Both the position numbers and the translations under genes were made by a program. A DNA stretch of 64,000 nucleotides from an uncultured Fibrobacteraceae bacterium (lineage in GTDB: Bacteria > Krumholzibacteriota > Krumholzibacteriia > LZORAL124-64-63), in NCBI GenBank assembly GCA_964436825.1, contig CAYTEO010000004.1, positions 28,372-92,371 of the forward strand, given 5' to 3'. Position 1 is the stretch's first letter. Every line of letters begins with the position of its first letter. Positions 27,520-37,592 of the stretch are shown piece by piece. A model generated the notes under the pieces. The model worked only from the letters and a program-made list of their open reading frames with translations, was not told the DNA's origin and did not search any database.

Positions 27520-27950
27520 CGGGACAGCTCCCGCAGGCGGCGCTCGACGGCCCGGGGCAGGGCGCGGACGCCGCGGCTGTCGTAGTCGAAGCAGACCATG
27601 CCCGTCTCGGCCAGCGCGACGACCGCCCCGTCGCGGGGCCGGGTCACCCGGTAGGAGAGCCGGAATCCGGCCCGGCCGATCTCGGCGATCCCGACCTCGA
27701 TCGCCAGCTCGTCTCCGGCGAAGGCCTCGCCCCGGTAGACGATCCCCGCGTCGCCCATGATCAGGGCCACGCCGCCCAGGTCCAGCTCGCTCCACCCCTC
27801 GGCGGCCAGGAAGGCCACGCGCGCCTCGTGCAGCAGGGCCAGCAGCCGGTCGTTGCCCAGGTGGCCGCCGTAGTTCAGGTCGGTCACCCGGACGGTCTGG
27901 GTCGTCCGGAAGGGGTAGCGATCCAGGGGGGCGATCTGCAGGCGGGGCAT
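27516..27950 (-). CDS. acyl-CoA thioesterase, hotdog fold (4HBT/YbgC-like)
   Basis: 144 aa from ATG 27950. RVTDLNYGGHLGNDRLLALLHEARVAFL matches the 4HBT active-site region. It is the only genuine part of the 1298-aa shadow ORF 27516..31412. Confidence 0.7.
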   Translation of the reverse strand: MPRLQIAPLDRYPFRTTQTVRVTDLNYGGHLGNDRLLALLHEARVAFLAAEGWSELDLGGVALIMGDAGIVYRGEAFAGDELAIEVGIAEIGRAGFRLSYRVTRPRDGAVVALAETGMVCFDYDSRGVRALPRAVERRLRELSR

Positions 27951-27952
27951 CG

Positions 27953-29248
27953 TCAGCCTCCGATGAGGATCCCGGCGATCGTCGCCGTCAGCCACGAGGC
28001 CAGCGCGCCGCCGAACATGGCCTTCAGGCCGAGCCGGGCCAGGTCGCTGCGCCGCTCCGGGGCGATCCCGCCGATCCCGCCGATCTGGATGGCGATGCTG
28101 CCGAAGTTGGCGAACCCGCACAGGGCGTAGGTGGCGATCACCACGCTGCGGGGTGACAGGGCGCCCGCGCGGACGGCGTCCTCCAGCTGGATGTAGGCCA
28201 GGAACTCGTTGACCGAGATCTTGGTCCCCAGCAACCCGCCGACGATGGGGGCATCGTGCCACGGCACCCCCATGCACCAGGCCAGGGGCGAGAAGAGCCA
28301 GCCGAAGATCTTCTGCAGCGACAGGTCGACCAGGCCCAGCCCGGCGTCGACCATGGCCACCAGCGCGACGAAGGCCAGCAGCATGGCTCCCACGTTGGCC
28401 GCCAGCTTCAGGCCCACACCGGCGCCCCCGGCGGCGGCGTCGATGAGGTTGGCGTGCTCGCGGGGGATCTCCAGCCGCGCCTCGCCCGCGGTGACCGACT
28501 CCTCCGTCTCGGGATAGACGATCTTGGCGATGACCAGGGCCGCCGGCGCCGACATGATGCTGGCCGCCAGCAGGTGCCCCGCGTCGACACCGAAGCGGAC
28601 GTAGGCCGCCAGCACCCCGCCGGCGACCGTGGCGAACCCGCCGACCATGACGGCCATCAGCTCGGACATGGTCATCGTCTTGACGTAGGGGCGGACCACC
28701 AGCGGCGCCTCGGTCTGGCCCACGAAGATGTTGGCGGCGCAGGAGAGGGTCTCCGAGCCGCTGGTCCCCATCGTCCGCCGCATCAGCAGGGCCATGGCGG
28801 CGATGAGACGCTGCATGATCCCCAGGTGGTAGAGGATGGCCATCAGGCTGGAGAAGAAGATGATCGTCGGCAGGACGTGGATGACGAAGATCGTCCCCAG
28901 GGCGATCGGCTGGCCCGTCGACGAGTCCAGGACCTGGAAGTAGCCGGGGCCCATGGGCCCCGGCCCGATGTACTGGATGACGTCCGGCCCGGTCCGGAAC
29001 AGGTTGCCGAACAGGAAGGCCGTGCCGGCGTCGGTGAAGCCGAGGATGCGGGCGATCAGCAGGCGCGCCCCGCTGAAGACCTTTTCTCCCCACGGCGTGC
29101 GCAGCAGCAGCAGGGCGAAGACGACCTGCAGCAGCAGGCCCCAGGCAACGGTCCGCCACGGGAAGAGGCGGCGGTTGCTGCTCATCAGCCAGGCCAGGGC
29201 CAGGATGACGACCAGGCCCAGGACGGAGACGAGGTTTTCCGGTGTCAC
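27953..29248 (-). CDS. nupC: concentrative nucleoside transporter (NupC/CNT family)
   Basis: 431 aa multi-TM protein with conserved CNT regions GTIFVIHVLPTIIFFSSL, ANIFVGQTEAPL and TYALCGFANFGSIAIQIGG. Confidence 0.85.
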   Translation of the reverse strand: MTPENLVSVLGLVVILALAWLMSSNRRLFPWRTVAWGLLLQVVFALLLLRTPWGEKVFSGARLLIARILGFTDAGTAFLFGNLFRTGPDVIQYIGPGPMGPGYFQVLDSSTGQPIALGTIFVIHVLPTIIFFSSLMAILYHLGIMQRLIAAMALLMRRTMGTSGSETLSCAANIFVGQTEAPLVVRPYVKTMTMSELMAVMVGGFATVAGGVLAAYVRFGVDAGHLLAASIMSAPAALVIAKIVYPETEESVTAGEARLEIPREHANLIDAAAGGAGVGLKLAANVGAMLLAFVALVAMVDAGLGLVDLSLQKIFGWLFSPLAWCMGVPWHDAPIVGGLLGTKISVNEFLAYIQLEDAVRAGALSPRSVVIATYALCGFANFGSIAIQIGGIGGIAPERRSDLARLGLKAMFGGALASWLTATIAGILIGG

Positions 29249-29317
29249 GACGGCCTCCTGGTTCGGGGTCGACCGATTCTAGGGGCCGGCACCGGCGGTC
29301 GCAAGGTCGGGGTGGGG

Positions 29318-29371
29318 TTGACAACCGGAAGCAGGGGATTAAAGTGTAGATCATGCTTGAACACTTGCTCA
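29318..29371 (+). promoter_or_regulatory. sigma-70-like promoter with ArsR/SmtB-type operator (imperfect 6-2-6 inverted repeat) for the arsR-P1B-ATPase operon
   Basis: TTGACA (29318-23), 16-nt spacer, TAAAGT. Inverted repeats AAGTGT…ACACTT (29342-66) and TGAACAcTTGcTCA (29358-71) resemble SmtB/CzrA operators (TGAACA…TGTTCA) and overlap the -10/+1 region, 13 nt before ATG 29384. Confidence 0.4.
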
Positions 29372-29383
29372 AATGAGGTTGAT

Positions 29384-29749
29384 ATGTTGGTTGACGTCTG
29401 CCAGCAGCACCAGGAACACGACGCGCTGATCGCCGCGGGCCGGCAGCGCCTGCCCGATCCCGACGCCATGCGCGAGGTGGCCGACTACTTCGACGCCCTG
29501 GGCAACCCGACCCGCCTGACGATCCTCTACGCCCTGGCCGGCGGAGAGCTGTGCACCTGCGACCTGGCGCGGATCGCCGAGCTGTCGGTCTCGGCCATCT
29601 CCCACCAGCTGCGGATCCTGCGGGACCGCCGGCTCCTCGTCTCCCGCAAGGAGGGCAAGAACGTCTTCTACCGTCTGCGTGACGAGCACGTGGCGGATCT
29701 GCTGCGGGTGGCCCTGGACCACCAGCGGGAGGACCGTCGCCATGGCTGA
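29384..29749 (+). CDS. ArsR/SmtB-family metal-sensing transcriptional repressor
   Basis: wHTH with metal-binding ELCTCDLA (alpha3 CxC), DNA-recognition helix SVSAISHQLRILRDRRLL, plus N-terminal Cys/His. Stop overlaps the ATPase start by 8 nt. Confidence 0.85.
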   Translation: MLVDVCQQHQEHDALIAAGRQRLPDPDAMREVADYFDALGNPTRLTILYALAGGELCTCDLARIAELSVSAISHQLRILRDRRLLVSRKEGKNVFYRLRDEHVADLLRVALDHQREDRRHG

Positions 29750-31850
29750 GCCGCTGCGGCTGCGCCTGAAGGGGCTGGACTGTGCCAGCTGCGCCGCCAG
29801 GATCGAGCAGGCCCTCCAGCAGGAGGGGTTCGCCGACGCCGCGGTGAACTTCGTGCGCCGGGAGGCCGTCCTGACCGGCGACGCCGACCGGGCGGGGGCG
29901 ATCATCCGGCGGATCGAGCCGGGGGTGCGGGTCGTGCCGGTCGTCGCCGGCGAAAAGGACGATCCGGACCGGCCACACCGCATCCCGGCGGCGATGCTCG
30001 CCGCCGTCGCCCTGTTCGCGGCAGCCCTGGCGGCGCGTTACGGCCCGTGGGGTGTGGGTCGGGCGGCCGACCCGCTGTTCGTCGCTGCCTACCTGCTGGC
30101 CGGCAGGAAGGTCCTGCGCCTGGGCCTGCTCGGCCCGCTGCGGGGCAAGCTGCTGGACGAGAACTTCCTGATGACCGTCGCCACCGCCGGCGCGTTCGCC
30201 ATCGGCGAGTTCCCCGAGGCGGCGGGCGTCATGGTCTTCTTCATGGTCGGCGAGTTCTTCCAGGACCTGGCCGTGGACCGGTCGCGTCGCAGCATCCGTT
30301 CCCTGCTGTCCCTCAAGGCCGACGTGGCCCACCGGCTGGACGGCCTGCGGATGCAGGACGTCGATCCCGCCGGCCTGGTCCCCGGCGACCGGATCGTCGT
30401 CCGGCCGGGGGAACGGGTCCCGGTCGACGGTGTCGTCGCGAGCGGGTCGGCGAGCGTCGACCTGTCGGCCCTGACCGGTGAGAGCATGCCCAGGAGCGTG
30501 GCAGAGGGGGACGAGATCCTCTCCGGCGCCCTCTGCCGGGACGGGTTGTTGACGATCCGGGTGGCACGGCCCCTGGAGGAGTCGACCGTCGCGCGGATCC
30601 TCTCCCTGGTCGAGGACGCCACGGCCCGCAAGGCGCGCACGGAGCGGTTCATCACCCGCTTTGCCAGGGTCTACACGCCGGTCGTCGTCGGCCTGGCACT
30701 GTTGGTGGCCGTGGTACCGCCGCTGGTCTACGGGGCCCCCTTCTCCCGCTGGCTCTACCGGGCGCTGGTCCTGCTGGTCATCTCCTGCCCCTGCGCGCTG
30801 GTCCTGTCCATCCCCCTGGGCTACTTCGCCGGGCTCGGCCGGGCGGCCGCGCGGGGGATCCTGGTCAAGGGCTCCAGTTTCCTGGACGCCCTGGCGCGAC
30901 CGGCCGTCGTCGCCTTCGACAAGACCGGGACGCTGACCCGGGGCGAGCCGCGGGTCGTCGAGACGGTGACGCGCAACGGCTTCAGCGAGTCGGAGCTGGT
31001 GGCCTTGGCCGCGCTGGCCGAGGCCCATTCGTCGCACCCGGTGGCCGTCGCGGTCCGCGAGGCCCACGGGGCGCCCGTCGATCCGGCCGCCGTCAGCGCC
31101 GTGGAGGAGGTCGCCGGGGCCGGGGTCGTGGCACATGCCGGTGGCCGGGAGATCCTGGTCGGCAACGACCGCCTGCTGCACCGGCACGACATCGACCACG
31201 ACACCTGCGACGTCGCCGGGACGGTCGTCCACGTGGCCGTCGACGGTCTCTACGCCGGCTACCTGGTCCTGGCCGACGAGCTGAAGGAGGACGCCGCGGC
31301 CGCGGTCCGGGCGTTGAAGCGCCTGGGCGTGGGCAAGGTCGTCATGGTGACCGGCGACGACCGTGGCGTGGCCGAGGCCGTGGCCCGCCAGGCCGGTGTC
31401 GACGAGGTTCACGCCGAGCTGCTGCCCGCGGACAAGGTGGCGGTCATCGAGCGGCTCGCCCGGGAGGTCGACGGGGCGGGGACGGTCGTCTTCGTCGGTG
31501 ACGGGATCAACGACGCGCCTGTGCTGGCGCGGGCGGACGTCGGCATTGCCATGGGGGCGCTGGGCAGCGACGCCGCCGTCGAGACGGCCGACGTCGTCCT
31601 GATGGACGACCGCCCCATGCAGGTGGCCGAGGGGATCGGCCTGGCGCGGGCCACCGGCCGGATCGTCCGCCAGAACATCGCCCTGGCCCTGGGGGTCAAG
31701 GTCCTGTTCATCGGCCTGGGGATCTCCGGGGAGGCCACGATGTGGGAGGCTGTCTTCGCCGACGTGGGGGTGGCCCTGCTGGCCGTGGGCAACGCGTTGC
31801 GGATCATGCGGGTCGGCCCGCGTGGCGGGGGCGGAACTCGGAGGGATTGA
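29742..31850 (+). CDS. heavy-metal-translocating P1B-type ATPase (Cd2+/Zn2+/Pb2+ exporter, CadA/ZntA-like)
   Basis: N-terminal HMA domain GLDCASCAARIE, transmembrane CPC motif VISCPCALVLS, DKTGTLT phosphorylation site, GDGINDAP hinge and VGIAMG. Confidence 0.85.
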   Translation: MAEPLRLRLKGLDCASCAARIEQALQQEGFADAAVNFVRREAVLTGDADRAGAIIRRIEPGVRVVPVVAGEKDDPDRPHRIPAAMLAAVALFAAALAARYGPWGVGRAADPLFVAAYLLAGRKVLRLGLLGPLRGKLLDENFLMTVATAGAFAIGEFPEAAGVMVFFMVGEFFQDLAVDRSRRSIRSLLSLKADVAHRLDGLRMQDVDPAGLVPGDRIVVRPGERVPVDGVVASGSASVDLSALTGESMPRSVAEGDEILSGALCRDGLLTIRVARPLEESTVARILSLVEDATARKARTERFITRFARVYTPVVVGLALLVAVVPPLVYGAPFSRWLYRALVLLVISCPCALVLSIPLGYFAGLGRAAARGILVKGSSFLDALARPAVVAFDKTGTLTRGEPRVVETVTRNGFSESELVALAALAEAHSSHPVAVAVREAHGAPVDPAAVSAVEEVAGAGVVAHAGGREILVGNDRLLHRHDIDHDTCDVAGTVVHVAVDGLYAGYLVLADELKEDAAAAVRALKRLGVGKVVMVTGDDRGVAEAVARQAGVDEVHAELLPADKVAVIERLAREVDGAGTVVFVGDGINDAPVLARADVGIAMGALGSDAAVETADVVLMDDRPMQVAEGIGLARATGRIVRQNIALALGVKVLFIGLGISGEATMWEAVFADVGVALLAVGNALRIMRVGPRGGGGTRRD

Positions 31851-31882
31851 CTCTCGCGCCGGGTGTGGTATCTTGCAGCCCC

Positions 31883-32542
31883 ATGAACTCTGCCGCCCCC
31901 ATCCAGCACCCTCCCGTCATCATCGGGATCGCCGGCGGCTCCGGCTCCGGCAAGACGACCGTGGCGTTGAAGGTGCAGGAGGCGGCACCGGGCAAGACCG
32001 TCCAGATCATCCATCACGATTCCTACTACCGGGATAACTCGCACCTGACTTTCGAGGACCGCGCCAAGATCAACTACGACCACCCCAACGCCTTCGAGAC
32101 CGAGTTGCTGGTCGAGCACCTGCAGGCCCTGAAGCGGGGGGAGGCCGTCGACGTTCCCATCTACGACTACGCGACCCACAGCCGTCTGCCCGAGACCCGG
32201 CGCGTCGAGCCGGCCGACATCATCTTCGTCGAGGGGATCCTGGTGCTGGAGTCGCCGGTCCTGCGGGAGCTGATGGACATCCGGCTCTACGTGGGCGTCG
32301 ACGCCGACGAGCGGTTCATCCGCCGCCTGCGTCGGGACATCGTCGAGCGGGGCCGCTCCGTCGACTCGGTCATCGAGCAGTACCTCACCGTCGTGCGGCC
32401 CATGCACGAGCAGTTCGTCAGCCCGACCAAGAAGTACGCCCACCTGATCATCCCCGAGGGTGGGCACAACCAGGTGGCCATCGACCTGATCGTCGCCAAG
32501 ATCAACAGCATCCTGCGGGAACGGAACCGCGGGAACGAGTAG
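31883..32542 (+). CDS. udk: uridine kinase
   Basis: P-loop VIIGIAGGSGSGKTTV, HHDSYY, and FVEGILVL motifs. 219 aa. Confidence 0.85.
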   Translation: MNSAAPIQHPPVIIGIAGGSGSGKTTVALKVQEAAPGKTVQIIHHDSYYRDNSHLTFEDRAKINYDHPNAFETELLVEHLQALKRGEAVDVPIYDYATHSRLPETRRVEPADIIFVEGILVLESPVLRELMDIRLYVGVDADERFIRRLRRDIVERGRSVDSVIEQYLTVVRPMHEQFVSPTKKYAHLIIPEGGHNQVAIDLIVAKINSILRERNRGNE

Positions 32543-32556
32543 AGGGGAAAGGTCAC

Positions 32557-33111
32557 ATGTCCTACGACGACGCCGAGCTGGTGCGCAGGGATCCGCTGAT
32601 CGAGAAGATCCTGATCGGATCGGACGAGCTGCAGAAACGGGTCACCCAGCTGGGGATCGAGATCAGCCGCGACTACGGCGACTCGCTGCCCATCCTGGTC
32701 AACATCCTCAAGGGCGGCTACATGTTCCTGGCCGACCTGACCCGCGCCATGTCGATCCACCACGAGATCGACTTCATGGCCATCAGCAGCTACAACGGCG
32801 GCACCGAGAGCACCGGCGTGGTCAAGATCGAGAAGGACCTCAAGAGCGTCATCACCGGACGCGACGTGCTGATCGTCGAGGACATCATCGATACCGGCCT
32901 GACCCTCAGCCACCTGCTCGAGCTGCTCGGCACCCGCAATCCCCGCAGCCTGCGCATCTGCGCCCTGCTGGACAAGACCTCGCGGCGGATCAAGGATGTG
33001 CCGGTGGACTACCGCGGCTTCGAGATCCCGGACGAGTTCGTCATCGGCTACGGCCTTGATTACGACGAGAAGTACCGCAACCTTCCGTTCATTGGGGTGC
33101 TGCGTCCCTGA
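32557..33111 (+). CDS. hpt: hypoxanthine phosphoribosyltransferase
   Basis: PRPP-binding motif VLIVEDIIDTGLTL. 184 aa, typical HPRT length and start (…LIEKILI…ELQKRV). Confidence 0.85.
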   Translation: MSYDDAELVRRDPLIEKILIGSDELQKRVTQLGIEISRDYGDSLPILVNILKGGYMFLADLTRAMSIHHEIDFMAISSYNGGTESTGVVKIEKDLKSVITGRDVLIVEDIIDTGLTLSHLLELLGTRNPRSLRICALLDKTSRRIKDVPVDYRGFEIPDEFVIGYGLDYDEKYRNLPFIGVLRP

Positions 33112-34635
<1,524 letters not shown>

Positions 34636-35846
34636 TGACCGGCCGGGTGCTGGCGCGCTGGCGCGCCCTGGATCCCGACTTCCGCCGCCTGCTGCTGGCG
34701 ACCCTCTGTTTCGGGGCCGCCAGCGGGATCTTCACCTCGACCCTGAACAACTACCTCTCCGACGTCCACGGCCTGGGGGCCGAGGCCCGCGGCTGGCTGG
34801 AACTGCCGCGCGAGCTGCCCGGCTTCGCCATGATCTTCGTCGCGGGGGCCCTGCTGGGATTCCTGCGCGAGGCGCGGATGGCCGCGGTGGCGATGCTGCT
34901 GACCGCCGCCGGCGCCCTGGGTCTGGGCCTGGTGGCCCGCCAGATGGTGCCGCTGGTCGTGTTCGTCATCATCTGGTCCCTGGGCGACCACATCATCTTC
35001 ACCGTCGAGGGGCCCATCGGCCTGCGCCTGGCCCGCCGCGGCGGGGAGGGCCGGCGCCTGGGACAGCTGGGCGGCGCCCGCAACCTGGGCACGATCCTGG
35101 GCGTGTCGGCCGTCTTCGCCATCGCCCACGGGATCGGGGAGCGGTACGACCTGTTCTACGGCGTTGCCGCCGGTTGCGCCCTGCTGGCGTGTGTCTTCTA
35201 CCTGCAGCTCCGCGTCGGCAGGGGCGAGCCGCCATCGCGCCGGTTCGTCCTGAAGCGCAAGTACACGATCTTCTACGCCATCAGTGCCCTGTTCGGCGTG
35301 CGCAAGCAGATCTTCCTGGCCTTCGGCGGGTGGGTCCTGGTGCGGATCCACGGCGTGCCGGTGGCGACGATCGCGCTGCTCTACTTCGTCGCCGCCACCC
35401 TGGGGGTCATCCTGCGGCCGCTGCTGGGCGACGTCATCGACTGGGTGGGCGAGCGGATCGTCCTGGCCACGGACGAGGTCCTGCTGCTGCTGATCTGCCT
35501 CGCCTACGCCTTCGCCTCGGACCTGCTGCCGGCGCCGTGGGACCTGCGGCTCCTCTACGGGGCCTACATCCTGGACAGCGTCCTGTTCGCCCTGCGCATC
35601 GCCCGGACGACCTACCTGAAGAAGATCGTCGATGATCCGGCGGAGATCACGCCGACGATCTCGGTGGGGATCACCATCGATCACGCCGTCGCCATGAGCC
35701 TGCCGGTCCTGTCGGGCTACATCTGGGAGGCGTACGGTTTCCGGTGGGTCTTCCTGCTGGCCGGGGCCATCGCCGTGGCCGGGTTCTTCATCTGCCTGCG
35801 GATCCGCGTGCCGCCGCTGTCGCGGCAGGAGGTGAGTGCCACATGA
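34636..35846 (+). CDS. MFS transporter
   Basis: ATG 34636 immediately after the guaB stop. 12 hydrophobic segments. Loop motif GDHIIFTVEGPIGLRLARRG between TM2 and TM3. Confidence 0.65.
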
Positions 35847-36304
35847 CCGCCATCACCGGAACCGGCTGGGAGGCCGTCGCCGCCATGGTGACGGCCAACG
35901 CGACCGCCCAGCTCATCAAGTTCGTCCGCGGCTGGCTCGCCCGGGGCGAGCCGGACTTCCCGCTCCTGGTCTCGACCGGCGGCATGCCGTCGAGCCACAG
36001 CTCGACGGTGGCGGCCCTGAGCACGTCGATCGGCATGATCGCCGGCTGGGACTCGCCCCTGTTCGCGGTGACGCTCTGCTTCTCGGGGATCACCATGTAC
36101 GACGCCGCCGGACTGCGCCGCTCGGCCAGCCTCCAGGCCCAGGCCCTGAACGAGATCGTCCGCGAGCTGCTGGCGCCCGACCACCGCCTCAACATCCACA
36201 AGCTGAAGGAACTGCTGGGACACACCCCCCTGGAGGTCATGGCCGGGGCGGTGCTGGGGATCGTCGTGGCACTGGGGTGGCACTGGTTGCTGCGGCTCTC
36301 CTGA
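35843..36304 (+). CDS. divergent PAP2 family protein (PF02681, acid-phosphatase-like membrane protein)
   Basis: AGGAGGTGAG RBS, ATGA overlap with the MFS stop. Motif STGGMPSSHSSTVAALST corresponds to the PAP2 PSGH signature. Confidence 0.7.
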   Translation: MTAITGTGWEAVAAMVTANATAQLIKFVRGWLARGEPDFPLLVSTGGMPSSHSSTVAALSTSIGMIAGWDSPLFAVTLCFSGITMYDAAGLRRSASLQAQALNEIVRELLAPDHRLNIHKLKELLGHTPLEVMAGAVLGIVVALGWHWLLRLS

Positions 36305-36398
36305 CGGTCGGTTCCCCCACCGTCGCGCGACGACGCCCACCAAGACGAAGGCCCCGTCCCGGGGACGGGGCCTCGCCGTGACGTTCCTTGCCGGAGAA

Positions 36399-37319
36399 CT
36401 ACTTGTACTGGGCCTTGACGGCGCCCCAGCTGGCGTTCTCGTTGGCCACCGGCGCGTCGATGGTGATGACGACCGGGCAGCCGCTGCCGGTGTAGGCATC
36501 GACGATCAGGTAGTACCAGCCTTCGGCCTCGGCGACGTAGCTGATGACCTCGTCGGCACCGCTGCAGCAGTTGTCCGAGCAGGCGACGCTGCTGCCGTAG
36601 GTGTCGGCGCAGTCGGTGACCAGGTACATGGCCATGTCGCAGCTGCCGCTCTCGGTGGCCGTGAAGGTCTCGCCCGCCTGCAGGTAGATCTTGTAGACGG
36701 CGTCAGGGCCGTTGAAGCTCCACGAGAAGCTGCCGCACTCGAAGTAGTCGTTGGCGTAGGTGGTCAGGTCGACGCTGAAGCGGTTCAGGCTGGCCTGCTG
36801 CAGGTCGACGGCGTCGGCGCAGGTCTCGCCGCCGGGCAGCTCGGTGGGCGGAGGCAGGATCGGGTTGCACTCCAGGGCCAGGTCGAAGGTCGACTCGGCA
36901 CCGTTGTAGCCGTCGACGACGACGTAGTAGGTCCCGGCGGCCAGGTCGGCGGTGAAGGAGGTGTTGCCGTAGGCCAGGCAGTCGCTCTCGTCGCAGGAAC
37001 CCAGCAGCCAGATGTCCAGGTCGGCGCCCATGTTGCTGAGGGTTCCGGTGACGCTGTAGTCGCCGTCCAGGGTGAACGTGTAGACGACCTCGCCGCCCGA
37101 TTCGGTCCAGCCGGTACAGCTGTAGGTCTCGACGTTGTTGGGCATGCCGGTGTTGTCGCCGCTGACGAGGTCGCCGCAGGCCAGGGGGATGGCGCCCGAG
37201 CAGTCCAGCGCGCCCCGGCTGGTCAGCACCGGGTCGGTCTTGATCTTGCCGGCCAGGGCCGGACCCACCGCAAGGGTCAGGACGACGGTCAGGACGAGCA
37301 GCGTTCTCCAGATACGCAT
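36399..37319 (-). CDS. secreted Cys-rich protein with two tandem PPC-like (pre-peptidase C-terminal-like) domains and a conserved C-terminal tail
   Basis: Signal peptide MRIWRTLLVLTVVLTLAVGPALAG. Two ~115-aa repeats: CGDLVSGDNTG…YTFTLDGDYSVTG…DLDIWLLG…YYVVVDGYNG and CADAVDLQQ…YKIYLQAGETFTA…MAMYLVTDC…YYLIVDAYTG. Ends …ENASWGAVKAQYK. Confidence 0.65.
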   Translation of the reverse strand: MRIWRTLLVLTVVLTLAVGPALAGKIKTDPVLTSRGALDCSGAIPLACGDLVSGDNTGMPNNVETYSCTGWTESGGEVVYTFTLDGDYSVTGTLSNMGADLDIWLLGSCDESDCLAYGNTSFTADLAAGTYYVVVDGYNGAESTFDLALECNPILPPPTELPGGETCADAVDLQQASLNRFSVDLTTYANDYFECGSFSWSFNGPDAVYKIYLQAGETFTATESGSCDMAMYLVTDCADTYGSSVACSDNCCSGADEVISYVAEAEGWYYLIVDAYTGSGCPVVITIDAPVANENASWGAVKAQYK

Positions 37320-37592
37320 GATTCCCTCCATTGGTGCCGGGTGGCACCGGATCGAGATGGAACAGATCGTGCACCGACGCCGTTCGCCCGCTGCGGGTTG
37401 CGGGTGACAGCGACGACCTCGGCGAGTGGTCAGTCGGTGCGATACCTAGGCGGGGGAACATCACTCTAGCATTTTTTCTCTCCATATTGCAAGAGCGTCT
37501 TCAGGTCGGAGGGTCCCGCGATCCTGCCAGCCGGGCGACCCTGTTCCGGGGATCGCCGTTCGCTCCGCTTGTCCGGCCGCGACCGGTGACCT

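Noticed and set aside
27516-31412. 1298-aa minus-strand ORF
   Set aside because: Only the last 144 aa (hotdog thioesterase, 27516..27950) are real. The rest is an open shadow frame antisense to nupC (other frame) and to the arsR/P-type ATPase genes, with extreme R/G/P/A composition.
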